Part shown: piece after piece, positions 56,976 through 64,000 of the stretch
Layout of the letters: each line of letters starts with the position of its first letter
Numbering within the stretch: position 1 is the stretch's first letter
Origin: a virus
Length of the DNA: 64,000 nucleotides
Direction: 5' to 3' (one strand)
Virus record (IMG/VR): IMGVR_UViG_3300033145_000733
Span: 2,525 to 66,524 of that record
The notes under the pieces: generated by a model
What the model saw: only the letters and a program-made list of their open reading frames with translations
What the model was told of the DNA's origin: nothing
Databases searched by the model: none
Program-made: the position numbers and the translations under genes

Positions 56976-59148
56976 AGATTTTAAAGATATACATAAAGGT
57001 GAGCGTTGTTTTATTGTAGGTACGGGTCCATCTCTAAATAGAACCAATCTTGCATTGCTAAAGGATGAGATTGTTTTTGGTGTGAATGGTTTGCATATTG
57101 GATTAGAGAAGTTTCAAATAAAACCTCGTTATTGGGGGTTTTCTGACCCCCGTACAATTAAAAGTCACCACAACCAGGTTTTTCCACTACCTACCACTGT
57201 ATTTGTGGCAGTTGGAGCACGTGAGTGGTATTTAGACAACTTACCAAAGTTCAAAGAGTTCAACAATGATCCTGTTGTACTTGCGGCGATAAGACGACCA
57301 ACATTAGTACCATTTTCTACTGATATTACTAAAGGAGTTACTTGTGGGAGAACAGTAGTCTATGATGTCTGCCTCCAAGTAGCGTATTACATGGGGTTCA
57401 GTAAAGTTTATTTGTTGGGTTGTGATTGCGATTATTCTGACCATTCCAATACTCACTTTTATCATGATCCATCTCAAGCGGATATTGCTGATGTGGCTGA
57501 ATCATTACAACCTAAACGGCTTTTCGCTTATCAAAACGCCAAAGAAGCGTTTGAGGCTGATAAGAGGGAAATAATAAACTGTACAGTTGGTGGTAAGTTA
57601 GAAATTTTTAAACGTGAAAGATTAGAGGATGTAATGAAAACTGATGTTGTAGTAAGAGAAAATAGGGAAAAGAATTTTTTTGTGGTCATAGCGAATAGGA
57701 ATAGGTTTAAACTTACGTCTGATTGTATTAAGTCTCTTTATCAAGGTGACTATCCTAACTTTCAAGTGATTGTTGTTGATGATGCTTCTACTGATAAGAG
57801 TCCTGATTTGATTTCTGAGCATTTTCCGCAGGTAGAGCTGATTAGAAATACCACATGTCTTGAGTTTTGCAAAACGTTCAACGTTGGTATTAGGAGAGCT
57901 TTAGAAAGGGGAGCCGATTATGTATTTGTTTTGTCCAATGATACGTTAGACTTTTCTAAAAACTATATTAGTAGGGTGATAGAGACGTTTGAAAAGGATG
58001 ATGAGATAGGTTTAGTTGGTTCTAAAGTATTATTTGAAAATGGAACAGTAAGATGGGGTGGTGAAAGCAAGGTGACACTGCACTGTCGCTTCGATACCCC
58101 AGACTGTGGTTATGTAATCAGGAGAGAAGTGCTAGAACAGGTGGGTCTGTTTGATGAAGATTATATAAGGTATTTTGAACTTTTAGACTATATTTTAAGA
58201 TTAAGAAATGCTGGTTATAAGACTCAATATGTTGATGATATTAGTTTTGTACACGTTGGTCAGAAGACTGTTTCTAGAGTAAGTTATTCTTTTCACTACT
58301 ACCGTGTGCGGGCTACGTATGTCTTTGTTAAGCAGTGGTTCAATGATGAGTCTGAATCGTGGAAAGATGCCGAGAGAGATGCAGTAATACAGGTAAATTA
58401 CAAGCTTTTGAACGATGCTCCCGAAGAGTCGAAGGCTGTGATTGCTAAAGCAATAGAGGATGGTAGGAAAGCAGGACAACGGTACGCTGCTGACTTTAAT
58501 TTCCGAGTTAATGATGGTGAAATAAGGTTTTATCAAATATTGCAAATTAGTCCTCACCTTGATAAGTATTTGGATGGGAGCATTGATGAGTATGAAAAAT
58601 TGAAAGACGAAATTGGTACACCAAAGAAAGTATTGGAGTTGGGGTGTGGTATAGGAAGAAGCTCAATATTCTTAAAGAATATGCTTAACTTGACCGCTAA
58701 ATTTTATTTAGCAGATTTTGATTCTAATGAATACTACAAAGAGGGTAGGAAAAAAGAGTTTCTTGGGTATGTCAAAGAACCAGTTCCGTTCAACAGTTTA
58801 GAAGTCACGAAAAGGTTTTGTATTGACAATAACCTAGAAAATTTAGAGTTGGTGGACTTGGCAACGGACAATATAAAAGAATTGAGTGATGTAGATTTAG
58901 TTTACTCGTTTAACGCAGTTGGCTACCATTGGTCAATTGAGGATGCTGTAAGGAAGTATGACTTAGAAAACATAACTACGAAAGATGTAAAATTTATATT
59001 TGGAGTTAGGAATAAACGAAGTAAGAAGGGAGTTCCTGTTGGGGGAGCTAGTTATGAGGAACAGGCAAGTATAATTGATTCACTATATTTGGATAAGATA
59101 ATAAGCGGCGATGGTATCCAAGATTATTGGGTATACAGGAAAAGATAG
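56962..59148 (+). CDS. three-domain protein: DUF115/Maf-like + GT2 + class I SAM methyltransferase
   Basis: GTGPSL; VVDDASTD; VLELGCGIGR. Confidence 0.8.
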   Translation: MRNIEDFKDIHKGERCFIVGTGPSLNRTNLALLKDEIVFGVNGLHIGLEKFQIKPRYWGFSDPRTIKSHHNQVFPLPTTVFVAVGAREWYLDNLPKFKEFNNDPVVLAAIRRPTLVPFSTDITKGVTCGRTVVYDVCLQVAYYMGFSKVYLLGCDCDYSDHSNTHFYHDPSQADIADVAESLQPKRLFAYQNAKEAFEADKREIINCTVGGKLEIFKRERLEDVMKTDVVVRENREKNFFVVIANRNRFKLTSDCIKSLYQGDYPNFQVIVVDDASTDKSPDLISEHFPQVELIRNTTCLEFCKTFNVGIRRALERGADYVFVLSNDTLDFSKNYISRVIETFEKDDEIGLVGSKVLFENGTVRWGGESKVTLHCRFDTPDCGYVIRREVLEQVGLFDEDYIRYFELLDYILRLRNAGYKTQYVDDISFVHVGQKTVSRVSYSFHYYRVRATYVFVKQWFNDESESWKDAERDAVIQVNYKLLNDAPEESKAVIAKAIEDGRKAGQRYAADFNFRVNDGEIRFYQILQISPHLDKYLDGSIDEYEKLKDEIGTPKKVLELGCGIGRSSIFLKNMLNLTAKFYLADFDSNEYYKEGRKKEFLGYVKEPVPFNSLEVTKRFCIDNNLENLELVDLATDNIKELSDVDLVYSFNAVGYHWSIEDAVRKYDLENITTKDVKFIFGVRNKRSKKGVPVGGASYEEQASIIDSLYLDKIISGDGIQDYWVYRKR

Positions 59149-59915
59149 AGATGAGAGGCATTAAAAAATTTAAAAACATCCACAAGGGTGAAAGATGTGT
59201 TATCATCGGGACAGGTCCATCTCTTGTTGACACAAATTTTGACCTAATTAAAGATGAAATTTTGTTTGGTTGTAACTCGTTGTTCAGAGGGTATAAGGAT
59301 TTTGGCATTTCTTGTCGTTATTATGGTGTATCGGACGGTCTTACCATGTCACGTCCGCATGTTAGAGGGCTATTGTCTCTTGATACTACTTTGTTTCTAA
59401 CTGTTACTGCTTATGATTATTGTTTTAACAACCCAAACATGTGTGTTTGGCGTAGTGATAAGGTAATATCAAATAGTCGAGATAGGAGAGATTTGGAAGA
59501 GGTGTCAAAAATTAAACCACCAAAAAATTTAGTGAAGATAGGTGTTGCAATTAAAAAACCACCATACTTCTCTAAGGATTTATCTGATGGTGGTGGTATG
59601 GGTGGAACTGTTGTTTTTGATATTAGCTTACAAGTTGCTTATTATATGGGATTTAGCGAGGTTTATCTAATAGGTTGTGATAGTGATTATTCTCTTCCAT
59701 TTCATTTTGATGGGTCACCACCTGATCGCTTTATTAATAACAAGATATTTGACCTCACATTACCATTTCTTGCTTATACCCAAGCTAAGGAAGCTTTTGA
59801 AGAGCGTGGTGATAAGGTAATTAATTGCACTGTTGGTGGTAAGCTAGAGATCTTTGAACGTAAAAGCTTAGAGGAAGTTTTTGGAGGTACAGATGAGTTC
59901 AGACAGAATACTTAA
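59127..59915 (+). CDS. DUF115/Maf-like putative sugar transferase (third paralog)
   Basis: HKGERC..IGTGPSL, QVAYYMGF, INCTVGGKLEIF. Confidence 0.8.
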   Translation: MGIQEKIEMRGIKKFKNIHKGERCVIIGTGPSLVDTNFDLIKDEILFGCNSLFRGYKDFGISCRYYGVSDGLTMSRPHVRGLLSLDTTLFLTVTAYDYCFNNPNMCVWRSDKVISNSRDRRDLEEVSKIKPPKNLVKIGVAIKKPPYFSKDLSDGGGMGGTVVFDISLQVAYYMGFSEVYLIGCDSDYSLPFHFDGSPPDRFINNKIFDLTLPFLAYTQAKEAFEERGDKVINCTVGGKLEIFERKSLEEVFGGTDEFRQNT

Positions 59916-60891
59916 TATAGGAATTCTTGGTTTTGGTTACATGGGGCAAATTAGGAAGAAGTATTTGGATAGTAATCCCAACTGCTCAGTTACGGCTATT
60001 TTCCATACTGAGAAGCTTATTGGAAAGTTCACATATTATGATAAGTGGGAAGACCTAGTTGATGACCCGTCTATAGATGCCATCTTTGTTTGTCTACCTA
60101 ATTTTCTTACCAAAGACGTAGTTATAAGGGGAATGCAAGCGGGAAAACACGTTTTTGCTGAGAAACCACCAGGTTGTTCGTCTACTGATGTATTAGAAAT
60201 GATTGAAGTAGAGAAACAAACAACCAAGAAATTGAAATTTGGATTTTGTTTGCGTTACCATCCTGCTATTGTTGAGGCAAAGAGATTAGTTGATTCTGGA
60301 GATTTTGGCAATATATTGTGGTTACGTGGGAGATACGGTAAGAGCGTAGATAAAGATTTTACTTCATCATGGCGTGCTGACAGAAACTATGCAGGTGGTG
60401 GTATATTGTTGGATCAAGGTATGCACATGCTAGACTTGTTTTTGATGTTATGTGGTGATTTTCAAGAAGTGAAATCCTTTGTATCTAATTGTTATTGGAA
60501 AGGTGATGTAGAGGACAATGTTTTTGCTATTTTGCGTAATAATGATGGGCAAGTTGCTTCCTTACATTCAACTATAACACAGTGGAGATATTTATTTTCA
60601 TTGGAGATATTTCTTAGTAAAGGTTATATAATAGTAAATGGGTTGTTGTCCAAGTCTGGTAGGTATGGTAAAGAGAGGTTAACTTGGTCAGTTAATCGCA
60701 CTCCTCCTCCGATGGCTTCACATCATTCCTCTGTAGAAACTACTTTTAGTACTGACCCATCGTGGGAACTTGAAGTGCATGAGTTTATTGGGGCTATTAT
60801 GAATGATACTCCTATATTGGTTGGTACTACCGCAGATGCTCTTAGAGTAATGGTTGCTGTAGACAGGATTTATGATAATGATAAAACATAA
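59881..60891 (+). CDS. Gfo/Idh/MocA oxidoreductase
   Basis: GILGFGYMG, KHVFAEKP, GGGILLDQGMHMLD. Confidence 0.88.
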   Translation: MEVQMSSDRILNIGILGFGYMGQIRKKYLDSNPNCSVTAIFHTEKLIGKFTYYDKWEDLVDDPSIDAIFVCLPNFLTKDVVIRGMQAGKHVFAEKPPGCSSTDVLEMIEVEKQTTKKLKFGFCLRYHPAIVEAKRLVDSGDFGNILWLRGRYGKSVDKDFTSSWRADRNYAGGGILLDQGMHMLDLFLMLCGDFQEVKSFVSNCYWKGDVEDNVFAILRNNDGQVASLHSTITQWRYLFSLEIFLSKGYIIVNGLLSKSGRYGKERLTWSVNRTPPPMASHHSSVETTFSTDPSWELEVHEFIGAIMNDTPILVGTTADALRVMVAVDRIYDNDKT

Positions 60892-61780
60892 GATTTTAGT
60901 TTCACCAACTACGTTCAACAGTGAACCATTAAATCTTTTGGGTGATTACGAGATTATTAGAAACCCATTTGGAAGGGTAATGACATCTAGTGAGGTTATT
61001 GAGTTAGGTAGTGATTGCATAGGCATAGTTGCTGGTATTGAGACGCTTAACTCCGCTGTTTTGCATTCTCTTTCCTCATTACGTTGCATAAGTCGTTGCG
61101 GTGTTGGTGTTGATAATGTTGATCTAATAAAAGCAAAGGAATTAGGAGTAATTGTAGTAAACACACCAGACGCTCCCACCCAAGCGGTGGCTGAGTTGAC
61201 GGTTGGGCTTATTCTGACTTTCCTGCGCCATGTGGCAGAAGCAGATACGGCTATTCGTGCAGGTAGATGGGTACAACCTGTGGGAAGACTTCTGGGTAAG
61301 CAAAAGTTGGGTATTGTTGGTTGTGGCAGAATTGGCAGTGCTGTTGCTGATTTAATTAAACCTTTTGGTACTGAATTACTGGGTTACGATTCTAATGTAA
61401 ACAAACACCCGACAATACAATTGGTCTCGCTAGATGAGTTATTACAAGAAGTAGATATTGTATCTTTACATTTTCCCTATACAAAATTAGTTCATCATTT
61501 GGTAGATAGTAAGTTCATTGGTATGATGAAGAGAGAATCCTTACTAATTAACACCTCTCGTGGTGGTATTGTTGATGAGAAAGCGTTGTACGATGCCGTT
61601 GCGTCAGGTCATTTGGCAGGTGCTTGTGTTGATGTGTTTGAGGAAATGCCATATAATGGACCACTTGTTGAGCTAGATAATGTTATTCTTACATCACATA
61701 TCGGTGCATACACCAAGGAAACTAAATTGGGTCAACAAATGCAAGCAGTGGAGAATTTGTTGGGCGTGTTGCATGAGTAA
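60872..61780 (+). CDS. D-2-hydroxyacid (phosphoglycerate-like) dehydrogenase
   Basis: GVGVDNVD, GIVGCGRIG, INTSRG, DVFEEMP, SHIG. Confidence 0.88.
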   Translation: MIMIKHKILVSPTTFNSEPLNLLGDYEIIRNPFGRVMTSSEVIELGSDCIGIVAGIETLNSAVLHSLSSLRCISRCGVGVDNVDLIKAKELGVIVVNTPDAPTQAVAELTVGLILTFLRHVAEADTAIRAGRWVQPVGRLLGKQKLGIVGCGRIGSAVADLIKPFGTELLGYDSNVNKHPTIQLVSLDELLQEVDIVSLHFPYTKLVHHLVDSKFIGMMKRESLLINTSRGGIVDEKALYDAVASGHLAGACVDVFEEMPYNGPLVELDNVILTSHIGAYTKETKLGQQMQAVENLLGVLHE

Positions 61781-62849
61781 ATCTATTACTGTTAAGTCGT
61801 TATTCCATGATTATATAGTTGACTTTGATGGGAATATTTCCCATGAGATGGAAACATTGATGAGGGAAAATAAAGTACATTTTATTATTGATTTAAAAGT
61901 GTATGAGTTGTATAAACACAAGTTGAGTTTCCTTGAAAAAGCTTCATCACTTATTAAGATTGATGCTGTTGAGAAAAACAAGGATATTAAAACTGTACAA
62001 AAAATGATGTTAACTTTGTTGAAAAATGGTGTAACAAAAAATGATGTTCTAGTTGTCATAGGAGGGGGAATTATTCAAGATGTGGCTTCTCTTACCGCAC
62101 ACATATTGATGAGAGGTATGAGATGGTTTTTTATTCCGACAACATTGTTGGCTATGTGTGATAGTTGTATTGGTAGCAAGTGTGGGGTAAACATGGGTGG
62201 GTTCAAGAATCAGATAGGAGTTTTTTGTCCCCCATACAAGGTTATTGTTGATGTTGATTTCTTAAAAAGCTTAGATAAGATTGACATCATTTCAGGTATC
62301 GGTGAGATAGCGAAAGTGCATTTAATATCTGGTGAAGATGATTTTACCCTCATTAAAAATGATTATAGTGGGTTGATTACTGATTTTTCTGTTCTTAAGA
62401 AGTATATATTCCGTAGTTTAGAAATAAAGAAAGTTATTGTAGAAAAAGATGAGTTTGATATTGGGTATCGTCACATATTAAATTATGGGCATACTTTTGG
62501 TCATGCGTTAGAAGCATATACAGACAATTTTATCCCACATGGGGTTGGGGTGACATTGGGAATGGAAATTGCAAACTTTATATCAGTAGAGAAAGGGTAT
62601 CTTTCAGAAGATGTTTTCTTTGATGTCAGCAGGTTGTTGAGGAAAAATATTCCATATGATACTATTGATTTCGGTGACCGTGATAAGATGTCAACAATTC
62701 TAACAAGGGATAAGAAGTATGATGGGCAAAAGTTGGGTGTGATTCTATCTAAGGGTATTGGTAGAATATTTGAGGAAAAAGTTCATATTAATGATAACTT
62801 GTTGGCATCAATTGAGTCTTATACCAAGCATTACAAAGGAAGTGAATAA
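61773..62849 (+). CDS. 3-dehydroquinate-synthase-like sugar-phosphate cyclase (likely start 61773)
   Basis: GGGIIQD, PTTLL...DSCIGSK, KNQIG, LNYGHTFGHALE, HG.GV. Confidence 0.85.
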   Translation: MSKSITVKSLFHDYIVDFDGNISHEMETLMRENKVHFIIDLKVYELYKHKLSFLEKASSLIKIDAVEKNKDIKTVQKMMLTLLKNGVTKNDVLVVIGGGIIQDVASLTAHILMRGMRWFFIPTTLLAMCDSCIGSKCGVNMGGFKNQIGVFCPPYKVIVDVDFLKSLDKIDIISGIGEIAKVHLISGEDDFTLIKNDYSGLITDFSVLKKYIFRSLEIKKVIVEKDEFDIGYRHILNYGHTFGHALEAYTDNFIPHGVGVTLGMEIANFISVEKGYLSEDVFFDVSRLLRKNIPYDTIDFGDRDKMSTILTRDKKYDGQKLGVILSKGIGRIFEEKVHINDNLLASIESYTKHYKGSE

Positions 62850-64000
62850 TGTATTTAGGTCTAGATATAGGTGCTTCTTACTGTAAGGTTGCTTTACTTG
62901 ACCAGGCGAAGGTGGTAAGTTGTAAAAGAGTTGAGATGCCACCTTTCGTAAGCTCTAGTTCTAGTTTAGTTTATGAGGTAGACATTCATAAGATTACTGA
63001 TGTGGTTATTGGAGTAGTAAGAGATATTGTTGAAGAGTCAAAATACAATATTGAAGCTATTGGTGTAGCAGGTCAGCAACATGGTATCGTAGTGCTTGAT
63101 AAGTATAGAACACCACTGTCAAATTTTATAAGTTGGCAAGACCAACGAACTACTGGGTTTATCCCTGACAAGCAGGTTTCATTTCTTGATTATATTAGGG
63201 AAAGTTTATCTAGTAATCGTTTAGTTACTGGTACTGACATACGTTCAGGTATGTTAGGTTCATTGTTATTTTGGTGGAAGAGTAATGGGTATGTAGCGCA
63301 TAAAGTATCATTTCTGTCTGACTATTTGGTATCTGTTTTGACCAGTTCAAAGATTGTTTGTGATCCAACACAAGCAGCAGGTTCAGGAGTTTATAATTTA
63401 CTTGAGAATGTTTGGCTTGATGAGTTTATTCAAGTAGCTGGAATCTCTAAAGATATTTTACCACAAGTTGTGGAATCGGGTACTAAGGTTGGTGGGGTAT
63501 GTAGTTCCACCGCATCGGTTCTGGGTATTAAACAAGGAGTACCTGTTTATGTTTCTACTGGTGATTACCATGCCGCACTATTCGCTTCTGAGATTAACAC
63601 TAATAGTTTATCAATAAATATTGGTACTGGAGCACAGGTTAGTCTTTTAACAAGAACTCCAAGATATTCTGAATACTTTGAAACGAGACCATTTTTTGAT
63701 GGCTATTATACAAACTGTATTTCTGGGGTTTCTGGCGGGAAAGCAATATTAGGTGACTTTGCTAATAGTGCTTTATTAGAAAGTATTGTTAAGGAATATT
63801 TTGAAGCGTTTAACATTTTGACTAATGATGGTGTTCCTATAGACTTGAAGGTTATTTTGTCTGGTGGTGTTGCTCATAGGAGTACATTGTTACGGAAAAT
63901 AATAAAAGATTTTTTTGATTTTGAAATTGTTTTGTCGAAATATGAAGAAGAGGCTGCTGTAGGAGCAGCATTGCTGGCAATGAAATATAATAGGGGGATA
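62849..64000 (+). CDS. FGGY-family carbohydrate kinase (sedoheptulokinase-like), runs off the window end
   Basis: not in the ORF track; MYLGLDIGAS, GQQHG, ISWQDQR, GD, NIGTGAQ, EAAVGAAL read in frame from 62849. Confidence 0.8.
   Translation, partial: MYLGLDIGASYCKVALLDQAKVVSCKRVEMPPFVSSSSSLVYEVDIHKITDVVIGVVRDIVEESKYNIEAIGVAGQQHGIVVLDKYRTPLSNFISWQDQRTTGFIPDKQVSFLDYIRESLSSNRLVTGTDIRSGMLGSLLFWWKSNGYVAHKVSFLSDYLVSVLTSSKIVCDPTQAAGSGVYNLLENVWLDEFIQVAGISKDILPQVVESGTKVGGVCSSTASVLGIKQGVPVYVSTGDYHAALFASEINTNSLSINIGTGAQVSLLTRTPRYSEYFETRPFFDGYYTNCISGVSGGKAILGDFANSALLESIVKEYFEAFNILTNDGVPIDLKVILSGGVAHRSTLLRKIIKDFFDFEIVLSKYEEEAAVGAALLAMKYNRGI

Noticed and set aside
37461-62059. Minus-strand ORFs in the right arm
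   Set aside because: Antisense to recognisable plus-strand genes or the tmRNA.
1-64000. Stop-codon reassignment
   Set aside because: Long conserved genes are intact in the standard code, and TAA, TAG and TGA all end genes at sensible positions.

Overview
This 64-kb window is a segment of a large, AT-rich tailed-phage genome with two divergently transcribed arms. The left arm (1-33.2 kb, - strand) is a dense run of small early-type ORFs under repeated sigma70-consensus promoters. It includes an Rnl2-like RNA ligase, RtcB, Ku, an ATP-dependent DNA ligase, a MoxR-type AAA+/vWA-peptidase pair, a GHKL ATPase, a PI3/4-kinase-like kinase, a DPPY methyltransferase and a ribosomal bL12 C-terminal-domain protein. 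A repeat-rich, mostly non-coding switch region lies at 33.3-36.6 kb. The right arm (+ strand) carries a tmRNA, a TaqI-like nuclease, ClpP, dUTPase, a LAGLIDADG endonuclease, a class II ribonucleotide reductase, terminase, portal and a roughly 12-kb sugar-biosynthesis and glycosyltransferase cluster. The most striking unexplained signal is a short module, C-x2-C-x2-[RK]-F-x-C-[YFWL]-[TS], found in 20 reading frames of otherwise unrelated proteins, including as an insertion or appendage in recognisable domains. Other notable items are a tmRNA with a 40-aa non-canonical tag, promoters whose -35 box supplies the upstream stop codon, a nine-site GATC cluster and arrays of a TTDACATAA box. All family assignments come from motif recognition by eye; no database searches were run.
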